Source: Isoptericola halotolerans (GTDB lineage Bacteria > Actinomycetota > Actinomycetes > Actinomycetales > Cellulomonadaceae). From it: 64,000 bases of DNA. The position numbers and the translations under genes are program-made. The number at the start of each line of letters is the position of its first letter. Within the stretch, counting starts at the first letter, position 1. The DNA is taken from NCBI RefSeq assembly GCF_013149785.1, contig NZ_JABEZU010000001.1, positions 1,054,001 to 1,118,000 on the forward strand, in the 5' to 3' direction. The notes below the pieces were generated by a model. The model was not told where the DNA came from. It saw only the letters and a program-made list of their open reading frames with translations, and ran no database searches. This document shows, one piece after another, positions 50,344 to 61,415 of this stretch.

Positions 50344-50401
50344 CCGAACATGCGATGGCGGCCCGTCCTGGTACCAGGACGGGCCGCCATCGCATGTTCG
50401 G
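50344..50401. repeat. Perfect 58-bp palindrome (REP-like) downstream of fumC
   Basis: ccgaacatgcgatggcggcccgtcctggt|accaggacgggccgccatcgcatgttcgg; an extra partial copy gccgaacatgc at 50322-50332. Confidence 0.9.
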
Positions 50402-50424
50402 AAGGCCCGGAGGGGGCGGGGGAG

Positions 50425-51858
50425 TCAGGCCTGGGGCGGTCGCGTCATCGACAGCACGTCCAGCGCCTCGTCGAGCTGGGCCTCGGTGACCTCGCCCCGC
50501 TCGACGAACCCGAGCGCCACCACGGCCTCCCGCACCGTGATGCCCTCGGCCACCGCCTTCTTGGCCACCTTCGCCGCGGCCTCGTACCCGATGACCCGGT
50601 TGAGCGGCGTGACGATCGACGGCGAGGACTCGGCGAACGCCCGCGCCCGCTCGACGTTGGCCGTCAGCCCGGAGACGGTCTTGTCCGCCAGGACCCGCGA
50701 GGCGTTCGACAGCAGGCGGATCGACTCCAGCACCCCCTGCGCGATGACGGGGATCTGCACGTTCAGCTCGAACGTGCCCGTGGCGCCGGCCCAGGCAACC
50801 GTCGCGTCGTTGCCGACCACCCGGGCCGCGACCATCAGCACGGCCTCCGGGATCACCGGGTTCACCTTGCCCGGCATGATCGACGACCCCGGCTGCAGGT
50901 CCGGGATCGCGATCTCCCCGAGGCCGGTGTTCGGGCCCGACCCCATCCAGCGCAGGTCGTTGCAGATCTTCGTCACGGAGACCGCGATGGTGCGCAGCGC
51001 GCCCGAGAGCTCCACGAGACCGTCCCGCGCGGACTGCGCCTCGAAGTGGTCGCGCGCCTCGGTCAGCGGCAGCCCGGTGTCCTCGCGCAGCAGCTCGATG
51101 ACGCGCTGGGGGAACCCGGCCGGTGTGTTGATGCCGGTCCCGACCGCCGTACCGCCGAGCGGGACCTCGGCGGCGCGGGGGAGCGCCGACTCCAGGCGCT
51201 CGATGCCGTACCGCACCGCTGCCGCGTAGCCGCCGAACTCCTGGCCGAGCGTGACCGGGGTGGCGTCCATCAGGTGCGTGCGTCCCGACTTCACCACACC
51301 GGCGAACTCGGTCGCCTTCGCCTCGAGGGCGACCGCCAGGTGCTCCAGGGCGGGCACCAGGTCGCGGACGACGCCGGCCGTCGCGGCCACGTGCACCGAG
51401 GTGGGGAAGACGTCGTTCGAGGACTGGGAGGCGTTGACGTGGTCGTTCGGGTGCACGTCGCGGCCCAGCGAGGTGCTCGCGAGGTTCGCCAGGACCTCGT
51501 TGGTGTTCATGTTCGACGACGTGCCCGACCCCGTCTGGAAGACGTCGACCGGGAAGTGCTCGTCCAGCTCCCCTGACGCGACCCGGTCCGCTGCGGCGGC
51601 GATCGCGTCGGCGACGTCGCGGTCGAGCACGCCCAGCTCGGCGTTGGCCAGTGCCGCAGCCTTCTTCACCTGCGCGAGCGCCTGGATGTGGCCCCGTTCC
51701 AGCGGCGTGCCCGAGATCGGGAAGTTCTCCACGGCGCGCTGCGTCTGCGCGCGGTACAGGGCGTGGGCAGGCACGCGGACCTCGCCCATCGTGTCGTGCT
51801 CGATGCGGTAGGCGGTCTCGGGCGCGTCGGCGCCGCCGGCGACGGTGTCGGAAGTCAT
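50425..51858 (-). CDS. fumC: Class II fumarate hydratase
   Basis: [40 protein letters not shown]. Confidence 0.96.
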   Translation of the reverse strand: MTSDTVAGGADAPETAYRIEHDTMGEVRVPAHALYRAQTQRAVENFPISGTPLERGHIQALAQVKKAAALANAELGVLDRDVADAIAAAADRVASGELDEHFPVDVFQTGSGTSSNMNTNEVLANLASTSLGRDVHPNDHVNASQSSNDVFPTSVHVAATAGVVRDLVPALEHLAVALEAKATEFAGVVKSGRTHLMDATPVTLGQEFGGYAAAVRYGIERLESALPRAAEVPLGGTAVGTGINTPAGFPQRVIELLREDTGLPLTEARDHFEAQSARDGLVELSGALRTIAVSVTKICNDLRWMGSGPNTGLGEIAIPDLQPGSSIMPGKVNPVIPEAVLMVAARVVGNDATVAWAGATGTFELNVQIPVIAQGVLESIRLLSNASRVLADKTVSGLTANVERARAFAESSPSIVTPLNRVIGYEAAAKVAKKAVAEGITVREAVVALGFVERGEVTEAQLDEALDVLSMTRPPQA

Positions 51859-51903
51859 GCGTCTATCGTGCCGCACCCGCCGGGGCGTCGACGTGTGAGA
51901 GGT

Positions 51904-51944
51904 GTCACGCGGTGCGGCCGAGACGTCCCGGCGCACCGCGTGAC
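51904..51944 (-). terminator. Hairpin after carbonic anhydrase
   Basis: 13-bp perfect outer stem gtcacgcggtgcg / cgcaccgcgtgac. Confidence 0.6.
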
Positions 51945-51952
51945 GCGCTGTC

Positions 51953-52591
51953 TCAGCGCAGCGGTTCCTCGCCGACGTCGCCGGCGACCTCGACCAGTCG
52001 TGCCGACCCCTCGGCGAGGTCGTACTCGACGCCGACGATCGCCAGGCGCCCCTCGGTCACGGCCGCGTCGAGGGCCCGGGAGTACCCGCGCAGGGTCTCG
52101 ACCGTGTGCTGCACGTGGGCCGTGCGCAGCCGGTCGGCGAACGGCGACCCCTCCTCGTCGTCCGTCGACGTGCCGTCCAGGTCCGCGATCGACGGGATCA
52201 CCTTGTCCACGATCGAGCGCACGAAGCCCGGGGGCTGCTCGCCCGTGCGCAGCGTGTGGGCCGTGGCGCCGACGGCCCCGCACGAGTCGTGGCCGAGCAC
52301 CACCACCAGCGGCGCCCCCAGCACCTCGACGCCGTACTCGATCGAGCCGAGCACGGTGGTGTCGACCACGTGCCCGGCGGTCCTCACGACGAAGACGTCA
52401 CCGAGGCCCTGGTCGAAGATGATCTCGGCAGCCACCCGCGAGTCGGAGCAGCCGAACACGACGGTGTGCGGGTGCTGTGCCGCGGCCAGCTCGGCGCGGC
52501 GCAGCGACATCTGCGACCGCTCGGCCGGCTCGTCACGGACGAAGCGGTCGTTGCCGGACCGCATCGTGGCCCAGGCTTCCTTGGGGGTCAT
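51953..52591 (-). CDS. Beta-carbonic anhydrase
   Basis: [31 protein letters not shown]. Confidence 0.94.
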   Translation of the reverse strand: MTPKEAWATMRSGNDRFVRDEPAERSQMSLRRAELAAAQHPHTVVFGCSDSRVAAEIIFDQGLGDVFVVRTAGHVVDTTVLGSIEYGVEVLGAPLVVVLGHDSCGAVGATAHTLRTGEQPPGFVRSIVDKVIPSIADLDGTSTDDEEGSPFADRLRTAHVQHTVETLRGYSRALDAAVTEGRLAIVGVEYDLAEGSARLVEVAGDVGEEPLR

Positions 52592-53511
52592 GCATCCTCC
52601 AGCTCGTGCGACCAGGGCGGGTTGGCTCCTGCCCGGGAGACGGTGACCGCCGCGACGGCTGCGCAGCGTCCCAGCAGCGCTTCGACGGTCGCGGCGTCGA
52701 TGGTACGCAACGCCTCGCGCCGGTCGGCACCCAGCAGGTCGGAGGACCACAGGCCGTCGAGCAGGGCGCCCATGAACGAGTCGCCCGCCCCGACGGTGTC
52801 GACGACGGTGACCGGGCGCGAGGCCTCGTGCACCTCGCCGGAGCGGGTCACCGCTGTCGCGCCGTCGCCACCGAACGTCACCACCACGAGCGCGGCCCCC
52901 AGGTCGTGGACCCACGACCGGGCGACGTCGAGCGGGGCCGTGCCGGCGGCGAGCCACTCCAGGTCCTCGTCGCTGACCTTGACCACGTCGGACAGCCGCA
53001 CGAGGGACTCCACCTGCGCGCGCGCCGCGGTGGGCTCGCCCATGAGGACCGGTCGGGCGTTCGGGTCGTAGGTGATCGTGGACGTCGCCCGCGCCGTCTC
53101 GACGAGCGCCCGCACGTCCGAGGCCCCCGGTTCGAGCACGGCGGCGATCGACCCCGTGTGCACGGCGAGGGTCTCGTCCGTCGCCGAGGCCCCCGGGGGC
53201 ACGCGCCAGGCCAGGTCGAACTCGTAGGTCGCCGATCCCGCGGCGTCCAGGGTGGCCTGCGCGACCGAGGTGCGCTCCGCGCCGTCGCTGCCCGGCGTCG
53301 TCGTCACCCCCGACTCCGCCAGCCACCCGCGGACCGCGTCGCCCCGCTCGTCGGGCCCGAGCCACGTGGCCAGCCGGGCCTCCCGGCCGAGCCTGCCCAG
53401 CGTGAGCGCGACGTTGGCGAGCGACCCGCCGGGGTGCTCGCTGCGCGAACCGTCGGCCCGGTGGACGACGTCGACGAGGGCCTCGCCCACGGCGAGGACG
53501 TGCCGGGCCAT
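52588..53511 (-). CDS. PfkB family carbohydrate kinase (fructokinase-like)
   Basis: GEALVD, PGGSLANVA, YDPNARP, VKVSDED, DTVGAGDSF. Confidence 0.92.
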   Translation of the reverse strand: MARHVLAVGEALVDVVHRADGSRSEHPGGSLANVALTLGRLGREARLATWLGPDERGDAVRGWLAESGVTTTPGSDGAERTSVAQATLDAAGSATYEFDLAWRVPPGASATDETLAVHTGSIAAVLEPGASDVRALVETARATSTITYDPNARPVLMGEPTAARAQVESLVRLSDVVKVSDEDLEWLAAGTAPLDVARSWVHDLGAALVVVTFGGDGATAVTRSGEVHEASRPVTVVDTVGAGDSFMGALLDGLWSSDLLGADRREALRTIDAATVEALLGRCAAVAAVTVSRAGANPPWSHELEDA

Positions 53512-53762
53512 CAGTCCTCCTCCACCGTGGGGCTCGCCGCGGCCTGGGCGGCGGCGAGCCGCTCCCGCGCGCCGTCGAGCCATTCCTGGCAGCGGGCGGC
53601 GAGCGCCTCGCCCCGCTCCCACAGGCTCAACGAGGCCTCCAGCGGTTCGCCGCCGGCCTCGAGCCGTGCGACGACCTGGACCAGCTCGTCGCGAGCCTGC
53701 TCGTACGTCAGGGAGCCGACGTCGGGTGCGTCGGGCGTCGTGGAAAGATCTGCGTCGGTCAC
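53511..53762 (-). CDS. xseB: Exodeoxyribonuclease VII small subunit
   Basis: [18 protein letters not shown]...[15 protein letters not shown]. Confidence 0.93.
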   Translation of the reverse strand: MTDADLSTTPDAPDVGSLTYEQARDELVQVVARLEAGGEPLEASLSLWERGEALAARCQEWLDGARERLAAAQAAASPTVEED

Positions 53763-53859
53763 GGGACCAGTCAACCGCACCGCACCGACATCGTGCCGCG
53801 TCGTCTCGCGTCCGCATATCTCTTTGCCCCTCGGAGCACCCGCGGGGGAGGATCGGGGG

Positions 53860-55491
53860 ATGGGTCATCTCGAGGTCGCGCACGTCGAGTACGTGCTGCC
53901 GGACGGGCGCGCGCTGCTCGACGACGTCTCCTTCCGTGTGGGGGAGGGCAGCGCGACGGCGCTCGTCGGCCCCAACGGGGCCGGCAAGACGACGCTGCTG
54001 CGGCTCGTCACCGGAGAGCTGCGCCCCGACGCGGGGACGGTCACCGTCAGCGGAGGGCTCGGCATCATGCCGCAGTTCGTGGGTTCCGTCCGCGACGGCA
54101 CCACCGTGCGCCAGCTCCTCGCGAGCGTCGCGCCGCCGCGGGTCCGGGACGCCGCGCGCGCCGTCGAGGAGGCGGAGCTCGCCGTCATGGGGCTCGACGG
54201 CGACGGCGACGAGACCGCGGTGCAGATGCGCTACGCGCAGGCGCTCGCCGACTGGGCCGAGGTGCAGGGCTACGAGTCCGAGACGCTGTGGGACGTGTGC
54301 ACGACGGCGGCGCTCGGCGTGGAGTTCGAGCGCGCCCAGTGGCGCGAGGTGCGCACCCTGTCCGGCGGCGAGCAGAAGCGGCTGGTGCTCGAGGCGCTGC
54401 TGCGCGGTCCGGACGAGGTCCTGCTCCTCGACGAGCCGGACAACTACCTCGACGTGCCCGGCAAGCGGTGGCTCGAGGAGCAGCTGCAGGCCACCCGCAA
54501 GACCGTGCTGTTCGTCTCCCACGACCGCGAGCTGCTCGCGAGGTCGGCCGACCGGATCGTCGCGCTCGAACCGGGGCCCGCCGGGGCGGACGCCTGGGTG
54601 CACGGTGCCGGGTTCGCGACGTTCCACGAGGCGCGGCGGCAGCGGTTCGCCCGGTTCGAGGAGCTGCGCCGGCGCTGGGAGGAGAAGCACTCCCAGCTCA
54701 AGAAGCTGGTGCTGACGCTGCGGCAGCAGGCGGCCAACAGCCCGGACATGGCCTCGCGCTACCGGGCCGCGCAGACCCGGCTGCGCAAGTTCGAGGAGGC
54801 CGGCCCGCCCCCGGAGCCGCCCCGCGAGCAGGACATCCGCATGCGCCTGCGCGGAGGCCGGACCGGCACCCGGGCGGTCACCTGCGAGGCCTTGGAGCTG
54901 GTCGGGCTCATGGACCCGTTCGACCTGGAGGTGTTCTACGGCGAGCGGGTCGCGGTGCTCGGCTCCAACGGCTCCGGCAAGTCGCACTTCCTGCGGCTGC
55001 TGGCCGGCGAGGACGTCGCGCACACCGGCAGCGCGCGGTTGGGTGCGCGGGTGGTGCCCGGGCACTTCGCGCAGACGCACGCCCATCCCGAGCTGGCCGG
55101 ACGCACGCTGCGGGACATCCTGTGGGAGGACCACGCGCAGGACCGGGGCAAGGCCATGGCGGCGCTGCGCCGGTACGAGCTGACGACGGCGGCCGAGCGG
55201 CCCTTCGACCGGCTCTCGGGCGGGCAGCAGGCCAGGTTCCAGATCCTGCTGCTCGAGCTCGGCGGGTGTACCGCGCTGCTGCTCGACGAACCGACGGACA
55301 ACCTCGACCTGGAGAGCGCCGAGGCCCTGCAGGAGGGGCTCGAGGCGTTCGACGGCACGGTGCTCGCCGTGACGCACGACCGCTGGTTCGCCCGCGGCTT
55401 CGACCGGTTCCTGGTGTTCGGGGCCGACGGCGCCGTCCGGGAGACGCCGGAGCCCGTCTGGGACGAGGGTCGGGTCGAGCGGGTGCGCTGA
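53860..55491 (+). CDS. ABC-F family ATPase
   Basis: Two NBDs (GPNGAGKT...LSGGEQ...[14 protein letters not shown]...LSGGQQ...LDEPTD), helical linker, no TM segments. Confidence 0.92.
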   Translation: MGHLEVAHVEYVLPDGRALLDDVSFRVGEGSATALVGPNGAGKTTLLRLVTGELRPDAGTVTVSGGLGIMPQFVGSVRDGTTVRQLLASVAPPRVRDAARAVEEAELAVMGLDGDGDETAVQMRYAQALADWAEVQGYESETLWDVCTTAALGVEFERAQWREVRTLSGGEQKRLVLEALLRGPDEVLLLDEPDNYLDVPGKRWLEEQLQATRKTVLFVSHDRELLARSADRIVALEPGPAGADAWVHGAGFATFHEARRQRFARFEELRRRWEEKHSQLKKLVLTLRQQAANSPDMASRYRAAQTRLRKFEEAGPPPEPPREQDIRMRLRGGRTGTRAVTCEALELVGLMDPFDLEVFYGERVAVLGSNGSGKSHFLRLLAGEDVAHTGSARLGARVVPGHFAQTHAHPELAGRTLRDILWEDHAQDRGKAMAALRRYELTTAAERPFDRLSGGQQARFQILLLELGGCTALLLDEPTDNLDLESAEALQEGLEAFDGTVLAVTHDRWFARGFDRFLVFGADGAVRETPEPVWDEGRVERVR

Positions 55492-55496
55492 GCGCC

Positions 55497-56756
55497 CTAC
55501 CGGGGCGAGGTGCGCGCCACCGTGGCGTCCAGCGTGCCGGCGGCGAGCCGCACGTGCACCTCGTCCCCGGCCGCGACGTCGTCGGACGCACGCACGACCG
55601 CGCCGTCGCCGCGCTGCACGACGGCGTAGCCGCGGTCGAGCGTGGAGGCGGGCGACAGCGTGCGCACCTGCGCCGCGAGCCGACCGATCTCGCCGGAGCC
55701 CTTGAGCAGCGCGGCGTCGAGGCGGTGCCGGGCGCGGCGCAGGTGCTGGGCGACCTCGTCCTCGCGAGCCTCGACCATGGTCAGCGGGTGGCGCAGCACG
55801 GGCCGGGAGCGCACGGCGTCGAGGCCGCGCTGCTCGCGGTCCAGCAGGGCGGTCACGCCCTGGCGCAGCCGCTGCCGGGCCTGGACGACGCGATGACGCT
55901 CCTCGCCGACGTCGGGCACGACCCGCTTGGCGGCGTCGGTCGGGGTGGAGGCCCGGTAGTCGGCGACGAGGTCGACCAGCGGGGTGTCCGTCTCGTGACC
56001 GATCGCGCTGACCAGGGGGGTGCGGCACGCCGCCGCGGCCCGGACCAGCGTCTCGTTGCTGAAGGGCAGCAGGTCCTCGACCGACCCCCCGCCCCGGGCG
56101 ACGACGATCACGTCGACGTCGGGCCGGTCGTCGAGCTCGGTGATCGCCTCGCACACCTCGCGAACGGCGTTGACGCCCTGCACGGCGACCTCGCGGATCT
56201 CGAAACGGACCTGGGGCCACCGGGCGCGGGCGTTCACCACGACGTCGTGCTCCGCCTTGGACTCCCGGCCGCAGACCAGGCCGACGACGGCGGGCAGGAA
56301 CGGCAGCGGGCGCTTGCGGTCGGCGTCGAACAGCCCTTCGGCGGCGAGCACGCGGCGCAGTTGCTCGATGCGGGCCAGGAGCTCGCCGACGCCCACCTGA
56401 CGGATCGTTGAGGCCCGCAGCGACATCCGGCCCGTCTTGACCCAGAACTCCGGCTTGGCCTGCACCACGACGTGCTGGCCGACCTCCGGCCTGGCGTCGA
56501 GGCCGTCGAAGGCGCGGGTCAGCATGTGCACCGGCAGCGACGCCTCCACGTCGGTGTCCCGCAGGGTGACGAACTGCATGCCGGACGTGCGGCGGTAGGT
56601 GTGCTCGACCACCTGGCCCTCGACCCACACCGGCGACATCCTCGCGACGTAGTCGCGGATCTTCGTCGACAGCAGGCGCACCGGCCACGGGCGCTCGGCG
56701 GACGTGTCCGCGGCACGGTCGGGCAGAGGCTGAGGTCCGGGGCTCGCGTCGGTCAC
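55497..56756 (-). CDS. xseA: Exodeoxyribonuclease VII large subunit
   Basis: VWVEGQ, LAAEGLF, RGGGSVEDL, SAIGHETD, TPTDAA, TLDRGYA. Confidence 0.95.
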   Translation of the reverse strand: MTDASPGPQPLPDRAADTSAERPWPVRLLSTKIRDYVARMSPVWVEGQVVEHTYRRTSGMQFVTLRDTDVEASLPVHMLTRAFDGLDARPEVGQHVVVQAKPEFWVKTGRMSLRASTIRQVGVGELLARIEQLRRVLAAEGLFDADRKRPLPFLPAVVGLVCGRESKAEHDVVVNARARWPQVRFEIREVAVQGVNAVREVCEAITELDDRPDVDVIVVARGGGSVEDLLPFSNETLVRAAAACRTPLVSAIGHETDTPLVDLVADYRASTPTDAAKRVVPDVGEERHRVVQARQRLRQGVTALLDREQRGLDAVRSRPVLRHPLTMVEAREDEVAQHLRRARHRLDAALLKGSGEIGRLAAQVRTLSPASTLDRGYAVVQRGDGAVVRASDDVAAGDEVHVRLAAGTLDATVARTSPR

Positions 56757-56848
56757 GCGTCCCAGGATGCCGCACGCCACCCACGGTGGACGTCACGAGC
56801 AGGCCGGGCCGTCACAGCGTCTCCACACGGGCCTCCTAGACTGGGGCC

Positions 56849-57889
56849 GTGACGACGACAGCCCCCGCCCCCGCCCGCACCTCCACCAAGCGTGTGCTGC
56901 TCGCTGCCCCTCGGGGCTACTGCGCCGGGGTGGATCGCGCCGTCGTCGCCGTGGAGAAGGCGCTCGACGCCTACGGTGCGCCGGTGTACGTGCGCAAGGA
57001 GATCGTGCACAACAAGCACGTCGTCGACACGCTGCGCGAGCGGGGGGCGATCTTCGTCGAGGAGACCGACGAGGTGCCCGAGGGCGCCCGCCTGGTGTTC
57101 TCGGCCCACGGTGTCTCGCCCGCCGTCCGCGAGTCCGCCGCCGCACGCGGCCTGGACACCATCGACGCCACCTGCCCCCTGGTGACCAAGGTGCACAAGG
57201 AGGCCGTGCGCTTCGCCAAGGACGACTACGACATCCTGCTCATCGGCCACGACGGTCACGAGGAGGTCGAGGGCACCGCCGGCGAGGCGCCGGACCACGT
57301 GCAGGTCGTCAACTCGCCGGACCACGTCGACGACGTCGTCGTGCGCGACCCGCACAAGGTCGTGTGGATCTCGCAGACCACGCTGTCGGTCGACGAGACG
57401 ATGGAGACGGTGCGCCGGCTGCGGGAGAAGTTCCCCGAGATGCAGGACCCGCCCAGCGACGACATCTGCTACGCCACCCAGAACCGCCAGGTGGCCGTGA
57501 AGAAGCTGGCGCCCGAGTGCGACCTCGTCATCGTCGTCGGATCGGCCAACTCCTCGAACTCGGTGCGGCTCGTCGAGGTGGCGCTGCAGGCCGGCGCCCG
57601 CACCTCCTACCGCGTCGACCGCGCCACGGAGATCGACGACTCGTGGTTCGACGGCGTCACCACCGTCGGGGTGACCTCGGGCGCGTCGGTGCCGGAGATC
57701 CTCGTCGACGACGTCCTGCGACAGCTCGCCGACCGCGGCTACGGGACGGTCGAGGAGGTGCGCACGGCCACGGAGGACCTGATGTTCTCGTTGCCGCGCG
57801 AGCTGCGCACCAGCCTCAAGAAGTCGGGGGAAGCCGGCGGCCGACCAGTCCCGCAGCAGCGTCGCGAGCTGCCGATCCAGCCGGTCTGA
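56849..57889 (+). CDS. ispH: 4-hydroxy-3-methylbut-2-enyl diphosphate reductase
   Basis: [37 protein letters not shown]. Confidence 0.97.
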   Translation: MTTTAPAPARTSTKRVLLAAPRGYCAGVDRAVVAVEKALDAYGAPVYVRKEIVHNKHVVDTLRERGAIFVEETDEVPEGARLVFSAHGVSPAVRESAAARGLDTIDATCPLVTKVHKEAVRFAKDDYDILLIGHDGHEEVEGTAGEAPDHVQVVNSPDHVDDVVVRDPHKVVWISQTTLSVDETMETVRRLREKFPEMQDPPSDDICYATQNRQVAVKKLAPECDLVIVVGSANSSNSVRLVEVALQAGARTSYRVDRATEIDDSWFDGVTTVGVTSGASVPEILVDDVLRQLADRGYGTVEEVRTATEDLMFSLPRELRTSLKKSGEAGGRPVPQQRRELPIQPV

Positions 57890-57907
57890 GCACGGCCCGT
57901 CGCCCGG

Positions 57908-59680
57908 TCAGGCGGTCGGCCAGAACACCGGGACGAGCACCACGGTCGCCACGATCACGAGCGTCGTGAACATCCAGCCCAGCCGTGCGTAGTCGGTGAA
58001 CCGGTAGCCGCCGGGACCGTAGACCATCATGTTGGTCTGGTAGCCGATCGGTGACAGGAACGACGCCGACGCCGCCACCGCGACGGCGATCGCCGCTCCC
58101 CGGGGGTCGACGCCGCCCGCCGCCGCGGCGTTGACCGCGATCGGCAGCATGAGCAGGGCTGCGGCGTTGTTGGTCACCAGCTCGGTGAGGATGATGGTGG
58201 CGAGCACGAGACCGAGGACGACGCCATGTGGTCCCAGGGCGCTGGTGAGCTGGACGAGGCCGCCGGCGACCACGTCGGCAAGCCCGGAGCTCTGCATGGC
58301 GGCGGCCAGGCCGAAGGCCGAGGCGATCACGAGGATGACGTCGAAGTCGATGGCGCGCCGGGCCTCGGGGAACGAGAGGATCCCGGTCATGATCAGCACC
58401 GCTGCCGCGATGAGTGCGCCGTTGAGGATGGGCACCAGCCCGGTCGCCGCCAGCACGACCACCGCGGCCAGGGCGGTGATCGGGATCCAGGCGCGCGGGG
58501 AGGCCACCGGTGGCCTGCCGTCGAGGTCCGCGACCAGCAGGAAGTCCGGCCGGTCGCGCCACCGCTCTCGGAAGCCGGGGTCGCTGACGAGGATGAGCGT
58601 GTCGCCCAGGCGGATCCGTTCGGTCCCGAGACGGTTGGCGACCAGGTGCCCGGAACGGTGGATCGCCAGGACCGCGGCCTGGTAGGCCGAGCGGAACCCG
58701 ACCGCCTTGAGCGTCTGGCCGACCAGCGGTGATCGCTGGCCCACCACCGCCTCGAAGTAGCGCACCGAGGGTTCGTCCAGGTCCAGCACGTGCTCGAGCT
58801 CGGCGGAGCGCAGACCCGGCATGCCCTGCAGGTCGACGACGCGGCCTGCTGGCCCGACGAAGTGCAGGCGGTTGCCCCCGCGCAGGACGGTCTCCGGCCG
58901 CACCGGGGCGATCACGGTGTCCCCCCGGTCGACGGAGGCAAGGAAGAGCCCGTCCAGCCGGCGCAGGCGGGCCTGCTCGACGGACCGGCCGTCCATGGGG
59001 CCACCGGGGACCACCTGCATCTCGAACGAGAAGCGCCTGCCGGCCTCCTCGACCTCGGCGCGGGCCGAGCGCCGGTCGGGCAGGACGACCGGCGCCAGGG
59101 TCACCAGCAGGACGAGCCCGATCGCAGCGATCGGGAGCCCGACCAGGGAGATCTCGAAGAAGCCCAGCTCCTCGAGCCCGAAGGTCGTCATCTGGCTGGA
59201 GACCACCAGGGTGGTCGAGGTGCCGATCACGGTGAGCAGACCGCCCATGATCGCCGCGAAGGAGATCGGCATGAGGAACTTCGACGCGGCGACGTCCCGT
59301 CGGTCGGCCCAGGCCGACACCTGCATCGCGAGCATCGCGACGACGGGCGTGTTGTTGAGGAACGCCGACGCGGCCATCGTCGGGGGCAGGGTACGCAGCA
59401 GCGGACGTCGGTACGTCCCGTTGTCACCGAGGGTGCGTTGCATCACCGGGGTGAGGGCACCGGTCTTCTCGACGCCGGCTGCGAGGACGTACAGCGCCGC
59501 CACCGTGATCGGGGCCGGGTTGGAGAACCCGGAGAACGCCTCCTGGGGCTGCACCACACCCAGGACGAGAACCGCGACGGCACCACCGAGCAGGACCAAC
59601 GACGGCGCGACCCGTCCTCGCACGAGCAGCGCGAGCACCACGACCACGACGGCCAGCGTCACCCAGGCATCAACGTTCAC
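57908..59680 (-). CDS. SLC13/CitT-type permease with two TrkA-C domains
   Basis: SAFLNNTPVV, IGTSTTL, TELVTNNAAA, PIGYQTNMMVYGPGGYRFTDY. Confidence 0.9.
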   Translation of the reverse strand: MNVDAWVTLAVVVVVLALLVRGRVAPSLVLLGGAVAVLVLGVVQPQEAFSGFSNPAPITVAALYVLAAGVEKTGALTPVMQRTLGDNGTYRRPLLRTLPPTMAASAFLNNTPVVAMLAMQVSAWADRRDVAASKFLMPISFAAIMGGLLTVIGTSTTLVVSSQMTTFGLEELGFFEISLVGLPIAAIGLVLLVTLAPVVLPDRRSARAEVEEAGRRFSFEMQVVPGGPMDGRSVEQARLRRLDGLFLASVDRGDTVIAPVRPETVLRGGNRLHFVGPAGRVVDLQGMPGLRSAELEHVLDLDEPSVRYFEAVVGQRSPLVGQTLKAVGFRSAYQAAVLAIHRSGHLVANRLGTERIRLGDTLILVSDPGFRERWRDRPDFLLVADLDGRPPVASPRAWIPITALAAVVVLAATGLVPILNGALIAAAVLIMTGILSFPEARRAIDFDVILVIASAFGLAAAMQSSGLADVVAGGLVQLTSALGPHGVVLGLVLATIILTELVTNNAAALLMLPIAVNAAAAGGVDPRGAAIAVAVAASASFLSPIGYQTNMMVYGPGGYRFTDYARLGWMFTTLVIVATVVLVPVFWPTA

Positions 59681-59722
59681 GGCTCACCTCCCTCGCGGGA
59701 GGGTACAGGGGAAGGAGCAGGG

Positions 59723-61312
59723 TCACCCCGCCGCGCTGTCGGTGTCGTCCGCCGCGTCGTCGGACGCCGCTTCCATGGCACGGCGGTCGGCCTCGACCAG
59801 CGCCTCCAGGGTGGGGTCGGCGCTGATCGAGTCGATGGCGATCACACCGCCCCCCTCGGCGGCGAGCAGCTCGGGCTTGGTGACCGGCCGGGTGGTCTCC
59901 TCGACGACCTTCAGCGGTTCGATGGTGTTGGTCGCGTCGACGACCTTCAGCTCGACCATGCGCCGGGCCTGCGGGAGCACCCGTGTCTCCAACGACCCGA
60001 CGAACTCGTTGTACCGCCGCGTCGCGGTGGTCATCGACTGCCCGAGCCGGGAGATCTTGTCCGTCATCGTGATGATGCGGCTGTAGAGCTCCTTGCCCAC
60101 CTGCAGGACCTTCTGCGCGTCCTCGGCGATGGCCTCCTGCTGCCAGGCATAGCCCACGGTGCGCAGCATCGCGATGAGCGTCATCGGGGTCGCGACCAGC
60201 ACGTTCTTGCGTGCCGCTGTCTCGAGCAGGTCGGCCCGACGCTCGACCGCCGCCGCGAGGATCGGTTCGGCCGGGACGAACAGCACGACGAACTCCGGAG
60301 CGGCGTCGAACTGCGACCAGTAGGCCTTGTTCGCCAGGACGTCGACGTGCTTGAGCACGTCCTTCGCATGGGCGTCGAGCTGCTTGTCCACCTCCTCGCG
60401 CCCGGTGGCGGACTGGGCCTTGAGGTAGGCGCTGAGCGGCACCTTGGAGTCGACGACGATCTTCTTGCCGCCCGCCAGGTTCACCACCAGGTCCGGGACG
60501 AGCGACTCGCCCTCGGCGCTGGTGACGTGCACCTGCACGTCGAAGTCCACGTGGTCCAGCATCCCGGCCGCCTCGACGACGCGCTTGAGCTGGAGCTCGC
60601 CCCACACGCCGCGCGTCTGGTTCGAGCGGAGCGCCGCGACCAGGTCCGTGGTCCCGGTGCGCAGCTCGGTGTTGACCGCCTCGAGGTTGCGCAGCTGCTC
60701 GCTCAGCGTGCTGTGCCCCTGGCTCCGCGCCCGCTCGGCCTCGTCGACGCGCTGGTTCACCTTGTCGAGGGTCTTGCTCATCGGGTCGAGCAGGGCCCGG
60801 AAGGCCTGTTCGCGCTGGGCGAGGGTCTCGTCGTTCTTGACGGTGCTCGCCGAGAGCTTCTGCTCCGCCAGGTCGAGGAACTGCTTGCTGCTCGACTGCA
60901 ACGCCTCTCCGGCCAGCGCCCGGAACCGCTGCGCCATCTCCTCCTGGTCGCCCTTGGCCTCGGTGATCTGTCGCTCGAGGTCCTCGCGCACCTGGGCCAG
61001 GAACCGGTCGGCCTGCTCCCGGGTCTCGGCGACCCGCCGGTCCGCCTCGCGACGGCCGCGTTCGAGCTCGGCGTCGAGCTGGGCACGCTCCGCCTCGAGC
61101 CGGTGCCGAGACTCGGCCGCGGCGGACTCCAGGCGGTCGCGCAGCTCGGCGACGTCGCGGCGTGCGGCGTCGAGGTCGCCACGTGCCCGCACCAGCTCGA
61201 ACTCCTCGGAGCGCCGGGCGCCCGCAGCGCGGTTCGCGTGCCAGAGCCAGCCGACGAGGACCCCCACGACGAGGGTCCCGAGCGCGATGAGCAGAGCGGT
61301 CGTCGTGTCCAT
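59723..61312 (-). CDS. rmuC: DNA recombination protein RmuC
   Basis: N-terminal TM and coiled coil, RGVWGELQL, PD...VDSKVP, PEFVVLFVP, TPMTLIAML. Confidence 0.94.
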   Translation of the reverse strand: MDTTTALLIALGTLVVGVLVGWLWHANRAAGARRSEEFELVRARGDLDAARRDVAELRDRLESAAAESRHRLEAERAQLDAELERGRREADRRVAETREQADRFLAQVREDLERQITEAKGDQEEMAQRFRALAGEALQSSSKQFLDLAEQKLSASTVKNDETLAQREQAFRALLDPMSKTLDKVNQRVDEAERARSQGHSTLSEQLRNLEAVNTELRTGTTDLVAALRSNQTRGVWGELQLKRVVEAAGMLDHVDFDVQVHVTSAEGESLVPDLVVNLAGGKKIVVDSKVPLSAYLKAQSATGREEVDKQLDAHAKDVLKHVDVLANKAYWSQFDAAPEFVVLFVPAEPILAAAVERRADLLETAARKNVLVATPMTLIAMLRTVGYAWQQEAIAEDAQKVLQVGKELYSRIITMTDKISRLGQSMTTATRRYNEFVGSLETRVLPQARRMVELKVVDATNTIEPLKVVEETTRPVTKPELLAAEGGGVIAIDSISADPTLEALVEADRRAMEAASDDAADDTDSAAG

Positions 61313-61415
61313 GTCCGCCAGGCTGCCACGAGGGTCCGACAACGCGCGCCCGACGCTCCGTCGTCCGTCACGATCGGCCGTGACCTGCAGCGGGATCACC
61401 CTCTACGGTGGGCGG

